Source: Paramoeba atlantica
Lineage: Eukaryota > Protista > Discosea
Reading direction: 5' to 3'
DNA length: 64,000 nucleotides
Assembly: GCA_977017575.1 (NCBI GenBank)
Contig: CDRNVI010000203.1
Coordinates: 62,106-126,105 of the forward strand
Shown here: one piece after another, positions 22,926-36,610 of the stretch
Layout: the number at the start of each line of letters is the position of its first letter
Numbering within the stretch: the stretch's first letter is position 1
Notes under the pieces: model-generated
The model's database searches: none
What the model saw: the letters and a program-made list of their open reading frames with translations, nothing else
What the model was told of the DNA's origin: nothing
Translations under genes and position numbers: made by a program

Positions 22926-25900
22926 AGAATCGCAATGGAAATTATTATGAAACAAGTTTTAATAATTCAAACTTAAGTTTGAACTCGAGTTATAAAATTT
23001 TAATAACATTAATATATACTTTTAAATAACTTCTATAATTAATTCAAAAGAGAATTTATAATTATGAACTTATAAAACTATATTTAATGATTTAAAAATT
23101 TAATAACTTGTTCTAATGTTTTCAATGTAATACGATATTTACGATATATGATCTTCTTTGTTCCAAAATCAGATGTTGATTATCGTACATTCTTATTACA
23201 TGAAAACAAAGAACAGCTACGGATAAGAACTGAAATGCCTTCCATATACCGAGATACTTTAAATTGATTATAGATAAATTTTCTAAAATATTTAATTACA
23301 AAAATAATTTAAAATATTATTTACAAAACTTATAAATATAATCAATAAAAGTATACGTTATAAAGGAGCGCATAGTTCCTATCACTTTTAAATACGCTAT
23401 TTTCCTTGATAAAAAAAATCACTGGAAAATTAGCAGTCTTTAAAGAACTTCGATACAAAAAAGTATCTTGACAATCTCTGTTGTTTTTGTTACAAAAAAA
23501 TAGTAAATAACTTCAAACATATATACAAAATTAAACGTGTATAAAAAAAGAAAAACATACACTTTGATACATTCAATCAAAAAAGATCTCAATCATGTAT
23601 CATTAACTTTAGCATATATGTAAGAAGTTCCTTGGTGATTAATTCTTTTACGGTTTTCATGTAATAAACATGTACGATAATCAACATCTGATTTTAACTC
23701 AAAGCAGAGTAATCATCGTTAAATATCGTACAAAAGTTATTACAAAGAAAACTGCTAAGAATTATCATCAGGAAATTGCACTAAGATTTCCTTCAGAAAT
23801 TCAAGTACAAATATCCGCTTAACTTATAAAAAGATATAAGTAGCTTCTATATATATTTTTTTATCGAAAAAACGATAAATAAATAAAGATCATGATAAGA
23901 TTTCTACGAAATTCAATCATGAAGCATACACTATAGTGTATGCAAATTATTACAAAAATAATAATTTTAAAATTTTTTTCTTCGTAATTCAAAGAAGAAT
24001 TTACTTGAAAAAAAATATAAATTTTAATGTTTTCGTGTTTAACTACAACTTAAATTTATATATATTTCGTTAAATTAAGAGAATAATTAAACGAAACTGT
24101 TACTCGGCAAAAATAAGGGAATTTTTGAGTAACAGACCGTTCAAATTGAAAACAAAAAAACAATTTGCACGGCAATTCTTGGGGTTTTTACGCCTCACGG
24201 CTTCGTGATCGGACTAAAGAGCAGTAGCGAGAGCAAGAAAGTTTGCAGGGGTAGTTGAGTTAGCTATTCCCGGTGGTAGCTAACCTCGATTCCTTAGTCT
24301 TTAGTTGTGGTAATTTGGGATAGCGAAGTAAAATTTTTAAAGTTCGCTATCGACAATTACTATTCTCTTTCATCTTTTGGCGTGCATTGCTAATTGATCC
24401 CAATAGACAATCACATTCAGAAACGATCGTAGCTTTACCTATATGTATGTAAAATATCATACATAAGAATCAATAAGATCTGTTTCGTCTCCTCTTTTTT
24501 CTTTTAAAATAGCAGGACTAATCTATATTATATAATTATTATTCAACTTTTTTAATTATATTTTATCTGCTTGAACACCATAGTTCGATAAAAAATAAAT
24601 AAAAAGATGAATAAATAACTAAAAAATAAAGATAGACAAGAACAAGAATAGTTTAGTTTAATTCCGTGTTAAATCCTCAATCCTTAAGTCGGATTTGTCA
24701 CTCCATATACGATCAAACTTTATTTACTTAAATTTTTACAAAGATAGTAAAATTAAAAGTATAAAGATGATCTAGCTCACCAGTTTTATTTAAATTAAAA
24801 TCTTACACAATGATTTTATATTTATAAACTACTCGCTTCCATCGACCCTCGACTTTGTTGAAGTTTAAGTTTTTGAGTTTACGATATTAAAGAGAAAAAA
24901 AATATTATTGCGCTCTATTGGTGGGGCTTTCGTTAGATTATTAAAAGCTCAACGTCATTGTTCGCGTTTTACGTTACACTCCACAAGCTAAACAAGTGCG
25001 TTCTGCCTTAATAATCACTACCCCTCACCAAAAGGTCGCAATAATATATGTTTTTAGCGTTTAAGATCTGGAGACCATTTTCAAAATAGAAAATGTCAAT
25101 CGCTTTTTTCTTACGCAAGTACGTCAAAAAAATCGTTTTTCTCCATGAGCTAAAACGAGTTAGTTCGATCGGGCTTTTTTTGATGCTTTTTTTGGATCGC
25201 AGCTTCAACAAAAAAAAATTTCTGCTGCTGTTTTCCAACAAAGAAAATTATAAAAAAATAATTTTGTTGTTGTCAAATACGATCTTTTAAAATATAAAAT
25301 TTTTTTTATCGTTATAAATTTTATTCCAACATAAATTTGTTGGAAAAGTAACAGTAAAAAGTTGTTAATGAAAAAAAATAAATTCATTAACAACAACGTT
25401 GATGAAAAATATCAATCAACGCTGTTAAATTTCCAACAAAATAATGTCAGAAAAAAATTTCTGCCGAAATAATTTAGCTGATTAAATTTTTATCACGACA
25501 AAAATATTTTTTTGTGGATCAATTAAATCGTTATTAACAAAAAAGTTATAACGCTGTTAATTTTCCAACCTAAAAATTTTTTATCTCTCAAAAAATATTT
25601 TTTGATGTTCAAAGTTATCGTTTGATAACAAAAAAGTTATAACGCTGTAACTTTTCCAACAAAAAAAATTTTTTTTCGTGTTAAAAATTATTTTTGATCA
25701 ATAAAAATTATTTTCGATGTTCAAATTCATCGTTTGATAACAAAAAAGTTATAACGCTGTTAATTTTCCATCAAAAATTATTTTTTTTTGCTTCAAAAAT
25801 TTTTTTTAACATAAAAATTTATAATGATGATTACAAAATAAGTGTTGCAACTCAAAAAAGTTGTTTAACACTGTTAATTTTCCATCAACATCATAATTTT

Positions 25901-27463
25901 TATTTAAAAATTTTAATCAAGATCAATTTTATAAACATTTTTTGTAAAAAAATTAAAATTTTTACTGGAAAATTACGGTGAGATGCATAAAAATTAGATT
26001 TAAACATAAATTTATGCAAACTACCGTTTAATTTCCAACAAAATTTAAATTTTTTTCATTCAAAAATAGATTTTTTTAATTTTTCGCCGACAAAATTGAA
26101 AAAAAATTGAATTTTCATTCAAAAAGTTGTAAAATTGAGTCTCAGGATGAAAAAGTGGAAAAAGACCACATTTTATCAATTCGACGCTAAATTAGCAAAA
26201 AATTTCAATTTCTACACCTAAATGACTGTAGAAATTGGTGTTTTCCTACAATTTTGTGGAAATCCCTGACAAACACTGCTAAATTTCCAACAAAAAGTCA
26301 ATTTGCAGGTGCTGCCCGTGGATTTTCCAACAAAATACTAGCAAAACTACTCAAAATGCTATTTTTCCGGCAGAAAACCGTCAAAATCTGCTTTTTCTGG
26401 GCAGGAATGACAAAAACGGCCCAAAAAAGGCCCTGTCATTTTGCCCAAAAACGCAGTATTTTTTCCTGTTCTGGCCTGCAAATTAGCGGATGTCCAAAGC
26501 CCCCAAAAAAAGTGACTTGGACTCCGAGCCGACTCGAAAAGTCGTATTTTCCGGCAGAAACGAAAAAATATGCCACATTTTGTCCGACGATTATTTACAA
26601 CTTTTTCTCGCATCCCATCATGGCGATTTTGCGGATCTGCAGGTTGGGAGGGAGCCAACTGCATTTTTTGGCCGTTTTGAACCCGTTTTGTAAAAAATCG
26701 CATATATAAACTCCATAATTTCCCCTCAGAAATCTGCCACTTTTGGAGGCCAAAAAGTGTTTTGCAGAATCTCGAGGGCAAAATAGGAGTTTTTTGACCC
26801 GATTTTGTGAACAAAACTGGCATCAAAAACTATTCCAAATGCTCCAATCCGAATTTCAGCTATTGAACACTAAAAATGCTGAAAATCGCTATTTCGCACT
26901 GGAATTCCGCCAAAACTCCTTTTCAATGCGTATTTTGGGCGAGAAAACCGTCGATTTTATAATTTTTAAACTTTTTTTTGTATAATTTATCATTTTTAGC
27001 GCGGATTTCTATAATTTCTCGCATAATTTATTAGTTTTATAGCGTTGTAGTTAAAATTTTCATAATTTTATCATCAAAGTCATCATTTTTCTATAATTTC
27101 AAACAAAATTATTAAAAAAAATGTTGTCTCAGACGAAAAAATTGCATGAAAGTTGTTAAACAACACTAAAACTAAAAAAATATCCCGCAGAAATTAAAAA
27201 ACCGTGATAAAAATTTATAAATTCAAAAGAAAAATTTAAAAATCTTAAAAATTTATGATGAAATCATCTTCTTTGTACCAAAATCAGATGTAAACATCAA
27301 AAAATTTTTTTAAAATCACTAGCTGAAACCATCGTCTATGGTTTCTTTTGTTAATGATCAATGTTTTCATTTCATTCATAACATTTTCACGTTAACTTCG
27401 TTCAACTAACTTGAATTTTATTAAAATTATGATTCATAAAATAATTTTTTCATTGCTAAAAAT
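22926..27463. repeat. Unit 6, allele A
   Basis: Anchor to anchor, 4538 bp. Confidence 0.95.
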
Positions 27464-30400
27464 AGAATCGCAATGGAAATTATTATGAAACAAGTTTTAA
27501 TAATTCAAACTTAAGTTTGAACTCGAGTTATAAAATTTTAATAACATTAATATATACTTTTAAATAACTTCTATAATTAATTCAAAAGAGAATTTATAAT
27601 TATGAACTTATAAAACTATATTTAATGATTTAAAAATTTAATAACTTGTTCTAATGTTTTCAATGTAATACGATATTTACGATATATGATCTTCTTTGTT
27701 CCAAAATCAGATGTTGATTATCGTACATTCTTATTACATGAAAACAAAGAACAGCTACGGATAAGAACTGAAATGCCTTCCATATACCGAGATACTTTAA
27801 ATTGATTATAGATAAATTTTCTAAAATATTTAATTACAAAAATAATTTAAAATATTATTTACAAAACTTATAAATATAATCAATAAAAGTATACGTTATA
27901 AAGGAGCGCATAGTTCCTATCACTTTTAAATACGCTATTTTCCTTGATAAAAAAAATCACTGGAAAATTAGCAGTCTTTAAAGAACTTCGATACAAAAAA
28001 GTATCTTGACAATCTCTGTTGTTTTTGTTACAAAAAAATAGTAAATAACTTCAAACATATATACAAAATTAAACGTGTATAAAAAAAGAAAAACATACAC
28101 TTTGATACATTCAATCAAAAAAGATCTCAATCATGTATCATTAACTTTAGCATATATGTAAGAAGTTCCTTGGTGATTAATTCTTTTACGGTTTTCATGT
28201 AATAAACATGTACGATAATCAACATCTGATTTTAACTCAAAGCAGAGTAATCATCGTTAAATATCGTACAAAAGTTATTACAAAGAAAACTGCTAAGAAT
28301 TATCATCAGGAAATTGCACTAAGATTTCCTTCAGAAATTCAAGTACAAATATCCGCTTAACTTATAAAAAGATATAAGTAGCTTCTATATATATTTTTTT
28401 ATCGAAAAAACGATAAATAAATAAAGATCATGATAAGATTTCTACGAAATTCAATCATGAAGCATACACTATAGTGTATGCAAATTATTACAAAAATAAT
28501 AATTTTAAAATTTTTTTCTTCGTAATTCAAAGAAGAATTTACTTGAAAAAAAATATAAATTTTAATGTTTTCGTGTTTAACTACAACTTAAATTTATATA
28601 TATTTCGTTAAATTAAGAGAATAATTAAACGAAACTGTTACTCGGCAAAAATAAGGGAATTTTTGAGTAACAGACCGTTCAAATTGAAAACAAAAAAACA
28701 ATTTGCACGGCAATTCTTGGGGTTTTTACGCCTCACGGCTTCGTGATCGGACTAAAGAGCAGTAGCGAGAGCAAGAAAGTTTGCAGGGGTAGTTGAGTTA
28801 GCTATTCCCGGTGGAAGCTAACCTCGATTCTTTAGTCTTTAGTTGTGGTAATTTGGGATAGTGAAGTAAAATTTTTAAAGTTCACTATCGACAATTACTA
28901 TTCTCTTTCATCTTTTGGCGTGCATTGCTAATTGATCCCAATAGACAATCACATTCAGAAATGATCGTTGCTATCCCTATATGTATGTAAAATATCATAC
29001 ATAAGAATCAATAAGATCTATTTCGTCTCCTCTTTCATCCTTTTAACATAGCAAGACTAATCTATATTATATAATTATTATTCAACTTTTTTAATTATAT
29101 TTTATCTGCTTGAACACCATAGTTCGATAAAAAATAAATAAAAAGATGAATAAATAACTAAAAAATAAAGATAGACAAGAACAAGAATAGTTTAGTTTAA
29201 TTCCGTGTTAAATCCTCAATCCTTAAGTCGGATTTGTCACTCCATATACGATCAAACTTTATTTACTTAAATTTTTACAAAGATAGTAAAATTAAAAGTA
29301 TAAAGATGATCTAGCTCACCAGTTTTATTTAAATTAAAATCTTACACAATGATTTTATATTTATAAACTACTCGCTTCCATCGACCCTCGACTTTGTTGA
29401 AGTTTAAGTTTTTGAGTTTACGATATTAAAGAGAAAAAAAATATTATTGCGCTCTATTGGTGGGGCTTTCGTTAAATTATTAAAAGCTCAACGTCATTGT
29501 TCGCGTTTTACGTTACACTCCACAAGCTAAACAAGTGCGTTCTGCCTTAATAATCACTACCCCTCACCAAAAGGTCGCAATAATATATGTTTTTAGCGTT
29601 TAAGATCTGGAGACCATTTTCAAAATAGAAAATGTCAATCGCTTTTTTCTTACGCAAGTACGTCAAAAAAATCGTTTTTCTCCATGAGCTAAAACGAGTT
29701 AGTTCGATCGGGCTTTTTTTGATGCTTTTTTTGGATCGCAGCTTCAACAAAAAAAAATTTCCGCTGCTGTTTTCCAACAAAGAAAATTATAAAAAAATAA
29801 TTTTGTTGTTGTCAAATACGATCTTTTAAAATATAAAATTTTTTTTATCGTTATAAATTTTATTCCGACATAAATTTGTTGGAAAAGTAACAGTAAAAAG
29901 TTGTTAATGAAAAAAAAATAAATTCATTAACAACAACGTTGATGAAAAATAACAATCAACGCTGTTAAATTTCCAACAAAATAATGTCAGAAAAAAATTT
30001 CTGCCGAAATAATTTAGCTGATTAAATTTTTATCACGACAAAAATATTTTTTTGTTGATCAATTAAATCGTTATTAACAAAAAAGTTATAACGCTGTTAA
30101 TTTTCCAACATAAAAATTTTTTATCTCTCAAAAAATATTTTTTGATGTTCAAAGTTATCGTTTGATAACAAAAAAGTTATAACGCTGTAACTTTTCCAAC
30201 AAAAAAAATTTTTTTTCGTGTTAAAAATTATTTTTGATCAATAAAAATTATTTTCGATGTTCAAATTCATCGTTTGATAACAAAAAAGTTATAACGCTGT
30301 TAATTTTCCATCAAAAATTATTTTTTTTGCTTCAAAAATTTTTTTTAACATAAAAATTTATAATGATGATTACAAAATAAGTGTTGCAACTCAAAAAAGT

Positions 30401-32002
30401 TGTTTAACACTGTTAATTTTCCATCAACATCATAATTTTTATTTAAAAATTTTAATCAAAATCAATTTTATAAACATTTTTTGTAAAAAAATTAAAATTT
30501 TTACTGGAAAATTACGGTGAGATGCATAAAAATTAGATTTAAACATAAATTTATGCAAACTACCGTTTAATTTCCAACAAAATTTAAATTTTTTTCATTC
30601 AAAAATAGATTTTTTTAATTTTTCGCCGACAAAATTGAAAAAAAATTGAATTTTCATTCAAAAAGTTGTAAAATTGAGTCTCAGGATGAAAAAGTGGAAA
30701 AAGACCACATTTTATCAATTCGACGCTAAATTAGCAAAAAATTTCAATTTCTACACCTAAATGACTGTAGAAATTGGTGTTTTCCTACAATTTTGTGGAA
30801 ACTCCTGACAAACACTGCTAAATTTCCAACAAAAAGTCAATTTGCAGGTGCTGCCCGTGGATTTTCCAACAAAATACTAGCAAAACTACTCAAAATGCTA
30901 TTTTTCCGGCAGAAAACCGTCAAAATCTGCTTTTTCTGGGCAGGAATGACAAAAACGGCCCAAAAAAGGCCCTGTCATTTTGCCCAAAAACGCAGTATTT
31001 TTTCCTGTTCTGGCCTGCAAATTAGCGGATGTCCAAGTGCCCCAAAAAAAGTGACTTGGACTCCGAGCCGACTCGAAAAGTCGTATTTTCCGGCAGAAAC
31101 GAAAAAATATGCCACATTTTGTCCGACGATTATTTACAACTTTTTCTCGCATCCCATCATAGCGATTTTGCGGATCTGCAAGTTGGGAGGGAACCAACTG
31201 CATTTTTTGGCCGTTTTGAACCCGTTTTGTAAAAAATCGCATATATAAACTCCATAATTTCCCCTCAGAAATCTGCCACTTTTGGACGCCAAAAAGTGTT
31301 TTGCAGAATCTCGAGGGCAAAATAGGAGTTTTTTGACCCGATTTTGTGAACAAAACTGGCATCAAAAACTATTCCAAATGCTCCAATCCGAATTTCAGCT
31401 ATTGAACACTAAAAATGCTGAAAATCGCTATTTCGCACTGGAATTCCGCCAAAACTCCTTTTCAATGCGTATTTTGGGCGAGAAAATCGTGAATTTTATA
31501 ATTTTTAAACTTTTTTTTGTATAATTTATCATTTTTAGCGCGGATTTGTATAATTTCTCGCATAATTTATTAGTTTTATAGCGTTGTAGTTAAAATTTTC
31601 ATAATTTTATCATCAAAGTCATCATTTTTCTATAATTTCAAACAAAATTATTAAAAAAAATGTTGTCTCAGACGAAAAAATTGCATGAAAGTTGTTAAAC
31701 AACACTAAAACTAAAAAAATATCCCGCAGAAATTAAAAAACCGTGATAAAAATTTATAAATTCAAAAGAAAAATTTAAAAATCTTAAAAATTTATGATGA
31801 AATCATCTTCTTTGTACCAAAATCAGATGTAAACATCAAAAAATTTTTTTAAAATCACTAGTTGAAACCATCGTCTATGGTTTCTTTTGTTAATGATCAA
31901 TGTTTTCATTTCATTCATAACATTTTCACGTTAACTTCGTTCAACTAACTTGAATTTTATTAAAATTATGATTCATAAAATAATTTTTTCATTGCTAAAA
32001 AT
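27464..32002. repeat. Unit 7, A cassette switching to C haplotype at ~28764-28815
   Basis: A marker T28763; C markers from A28815 onward match unit 12. Confidence 0.92.
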
Positions 32003-32184
32003 AAAACCGCAATGGAAATTATTATGAAACAAGTTTTAATAATTCAAACTTAAGTTTGAACTCGAGTTATAAAATTTTAATAACATTAATATATACTTTT
32101 AAATAACTTCTATAATTAATTCAAAAGAGAATTTATAATTAAGAACTTATAAAACTATATTTAATGATTTAAAACTTAATAACT

Positions 32185-32292
32185 TGTTGTAATGTTTTCA
32201 ATATAATAATATATTTACGATATATTATCTTCTTTGTTCCAAAATCAGATGTTGATTATCGTACATTCTTATTACATGAAAACATAACAACA
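32185..32292 (-). ncRNA. Large hairpin module, minus-oriented, allele C (also ~50406-50513)
   Basis: TGTTGTAATGTTTTC pairs with GAAAACATAACAACA around the reverse-complement core. Confidence 0.45.
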
Positions 32293-32429
32293 TAAAGAAT
32301 ACAATAGGCACTCCTTACATTTAAATGCCCTTAATATAATTTATCGATATATTTAATTACACAAATAATTTAAAATATAATTTATAAAATATTAATAAAG
32401 TTCATGTAAAATGTAAGAAGTTACCCTAG

Positions 32430-32573
32430 TTTTCCTGGTATTGTGAGTATGTTTTCATGTAATAAACATGTACGATAATCAACATCTGATTTTGACTCAA
32501 AGCAGAGTAATCATCGTTAAATATCGTTACAAAGTTATTACAAATAAAACATAAATCACTAATAACAGGAAAA
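32430..32573 (+). ncRNA. Large hairpin module C1 (also 50651-50794)
   Basis: Core 32451-32550; arm TTTTCCTGGTATTGTGAGTAT pairs with ATAAATCACTAATAACAGGAAAA. Confidence 0.55.
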
Positions 32574-32785
32574 TATTAAATACAAAAATATTTAATAAAC
32601 TTCGATGCAAAAAAGCATCTTGACAATCTCTGTGTTTTTGTTAAAAAAAATAGCGTAAAACTACAAAACCATATATATAAAATGAAAAGTGTATAAAAAA
32701 GAAAAGCATACACTTTGATACATTCAATCGAAAAATATCTCAATCATGTATCATTAATTTTAGTATATATGGTAGGAGTTTTACC

Positions 32786-32925
32786 TTTACAGTGCTATTA
32801 GTCATGTTTTCATGTAATAAGAATGTACGATAATCAACATCTGATTTGCACTCAAAGTAGAGTAATCATCGTTAAATATCAGTACAAAGTCATTACAAGA
32901 AAACTAAAGATTAAAGCACTGTAAA
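32786..32925 (+). ncRNA. Large hairpin module C2 (also 51007-51146)
   Basis: Core 32806-32904; arms TTTACAGTGCT / AGCACTGTAAA form 11 perfect pairs, plus TTAGTC/GATTAA. Confidence 0.55.
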
Positions 32926-35900
32926 ATTGCACTAAGATTTCCTTCAGAAATTCAAGTGCAAATATCCGCCCAACTTATAAAATATAAGTGGCGTCTATAT
33001 ATATTTTTTTATCGAAAAAAACGATAAATAAATAAAGATCATGATAAGATTTCTACGAAATTCAATCATGAAGCATACACTATAGTGTATGCAAATTATT
33101 ACAAAAATAATAATTTTAAAATTTTTTCTTCGAAATTCAAAGAAGAATTTATTCGAAAAAAATATAAATTTTAATGTTTTCGTGTTTAACTACAACTTAA
33201 ATTTATATATATTTCGTTAAATTAAGAGAATAATTAAACGAAACTGTTACTCGGCAAAAATAAGGGAATTTTTGAGTAACAGACCGTTCAAATTGAAAAC
33301 AAAAAAACAATTTGCACGGCAATTCTTGGGGTTTTTACGCCTCACGGCTTCGTGATTGGACTAAAGAGCAGGAGCGAGAGCAAGAAAGTTTGCAGGGGTA
33401 GTTGAGTTAGCTATTCCCGGTGGTAGCTAACCTCGATTCCTTAGTCTTTAGTTGTGGTAATTTGGGATAGCGAAGTAAAATTTTTAAAGTTCGCTATCGA
33501 CAATTACTATTCTCTTTCATCTTTTGGCGTGCATTGCTAATTGATCCCAATAGACAATCACATTCAGAAACGATCGTAGCTTTACCTATATGTATGTAAA
33601 ATATCATACATAAGAATCAATAAGATCTGTTTCGTCTCCTCTTTTTTCTTTTAAAATAGCAGGACTAATCTATATTATATAATTATTATTCAACTTTTTT
33701 AATTATATTTTATCTGCTTGAACACCATAGTTCGATAAAAAATAAATAAAAAGATGAATAAATAACTAAAAAATAAAGATAGACAAGAACAAGAATAGTT
33801 TAGTTTAATTCCGTGTTAAATCCTCAATCCTTAAGTCGGATTTGTCACTCCATATACGATCAAACTTTATTTACTTAAATTTTTACAAAGATAGTAAAAT
33901 TAAAAGTATAAAGATGATCTAGCTCACCAGTTTTATTTAAATTAAAATCTTACACAATGATTTTATATTTATAAACTACTCGCTTCCATCGACCCTCGAC
34001 TTTGTTGAAGTTTAAGTTTTTGAGTTTACGATATTAAAGAGAAAAAAAATATTATTGCGCTCTATTGGTGGGGCTTTCGTTAGATTATTAAAAGCTCAAC
34101 GTCATTGTTCGCGTTTTACGTTACACTCCACAAGCTAAACAAGTGCGTTCTGCCTTAATAATCACTACCCCTCACCAAAAGGTCGCAATAATATATGTTT
34201 TTAGCGTTTAAGATCTGGAGACCATTTTCAAAATAGAAAATGTCAATCGCTTTTTTCTTACGCAAGTACGTCAAAAAAATCGTTTTTCTCCATGAGCTAA
34301 AACGAGTTAGTTCGATCGGGCTTTTTTTGATGCTTTTTTTGGATCGCAGCTTCAACAAAAAAAAATTTCTGCTGCTGTTTTCCAACAAAGAAAATTATAA
34401 AAAAATAATTTTGTTGTTGTCAAATACGATCTTTTAAAATATAAAATTTTTTTTATCGTTATAAATTTTATTCCAACATAAATTTGTTGGAAAAGTAACA
34501 GTAAAAAGTTGTTAATGAAAAAAAATAAATTCATTAACAACAACGTTGATGAAAAATATCAATCAACGCTGTTAAATTTCCAACAAAATAATGTCAGAAA
34601 AAAATTTCTGCCGAAATAATTTAGCTGATTAAATTTTTATCACGACAAAAATATTTTTTTGTGGATCAATTAAATCGTTATTAACAAAAAAGTTATAACG
34701 CTGTTAATTTTCCAACCTAAAAATTTTTTATCTCTCAAAAAATATTTTTTGATGTTCAAAGTTATCGTTTGATAACAAAAAAGTTATAACGCTGTAACTT
34801 TTCCAACAAAAAAAATTTTTTTTCGTGTTAAAAATTATTTTTGATCAATAAAAATTATTTTCGATGTTCAAATTCATCGTTTGATAACAAAAAAGTTATA
34901 ACGCTGTTAATTTTCCATCAAAAATTATTTTTTTTTGCTTCAAAAATTTTTTTTAACATAAAAATTTATAATGATGATTACAAAATAAGTGTTGCAACTC
35001 AAAAAAGTTGTTTAACACTGTTAATTTTCCATCAACATCATAATTTTTATTTAAAAATTTTAATCAAGCTCAATTTTATAAACATTTTTTGTAAAAAAAT
35101 TAAAATTTTTACTGGAAAATTACGGTGAGATGCATAAAAATTAGATTTAAACATAAATTTATGCAAACTACCGTTTAATTTCCAACAAAATTTAAATTTT
35201 TTTCATTCAAAAATAGATTTTTTTAATTTTTCGCCGACAAAATTGAAAAAAAATTGAATTTTCATTCAAAAAGTTGTAAAATTGAGTCTCAGGATGAAAA
35301 AGTGGAAAAAGACCACATTTTATCAATTCGACGCTAAATTAGCAAAAAATTTCAATTTCTACACCTAAATGACTGTAGAAATTGGTGTTTTCCTACAATT
35401 TTGTGGAAATCCCTGACAAACACTGCTAAATTTCCAACAAAAAGTCAATTTGCAGGTGCTGCCCGTGGATTTTCCAACAAAATACTAGCAAAACTACTCA
35501 AAATGCTATTTTTCCGGCAGAAAACCGTCAAAATCTGCTTTTTCTGGGCAGGAATGACAAAAACGGCCCAAAAAAGGCCCTGTCATTTTGCCCAAAAACG
35601 CAGTATTTTTTCCTGTTCTGGCCTGCAAATTAGCGGATGTCCAAAGCCCCCAAAAAAAGTGACTTGGACTCCGAGCCGACTCGAAAAGTCGTATTTTCCG
35701 GCAGAAACGAAAAAATATGCCACATTTTGTCCGACGATTATTTACAACTTTTTCTCGCATCCCATCATGGCGATTTTGCGGATCTGCAGGTTGGGAGGGA
35801 GCCAACTGCATTTTTTGGCCGTTTTGAACCCGTTTTGTAAAAAATCGCATATATAAACTCCATAATTTCCCCTCAGAAATCTGCCACTTTTGGAGGCCAA

Positions 35901-36610
35901 AAAGTGTTTTGCAGAATCTCGAGGGCAAAATAGGAGTTTTTTGACCCGATTTTGTGAACAAAACTGGCATCAAAAACTATTCCAAATGCTCCAATCCGAA
36001 TTTCAGCTATTGAACACTAAAAATGCTGAAAATCGCTATTTCGCACTGGAATTCCGCCAAAACTCCTTTTCAATGCGTATTTTGGGCGAGAAAACCGTCG
36101 ATTTTATAATTTTTAAACTTTTTTTTGTATAATTTATCATTTTTAGCGCGGATTTCTATAATTTCTCGCATAATTTATTAGTTTTATAGCGTTGTAGTTA
36201 AAATTTTCATAATTTTATCATCAAAGTCATCATTTTTCTATAATTTCAAACAAAATTATTAAAAAAAATGTTGTCTCAGACGAAAAAATTGCATGAAAGT
36301 TGTTAAACAACACTAAAACTAAAAAAATATCCCGCAGAAATTAAAAAACCGTGATAAAAATTTATAAATTCAAAAGAAAAATTTAAAAATCTTAAAAATT
36401 TATGATGAAATCATCTTCTTTGTACCAAAATCAGATGTAAACATCAAAAAATTTTTTTAAAATCACTAGCTGAAACCATCGTCTATGGTTTCTTTTGTTA
36501 ATGATCAATGTTTTCATTTCATTCATAACATTTTCACGTTAACTTCGTTCAACTAACTTGAATTTTATTAAAATTATGATTCATAAAATAATTTTTTCAT
36601 TGCTAAAAAT

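Larger units (their letters stand above)
32003..36610. repeat. Unit 8, C cassette switching to A haplotype at ~33373-33424
   Basis: 4608 bp; C marker G33372, A marker T33424. Confidence 0.92.
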
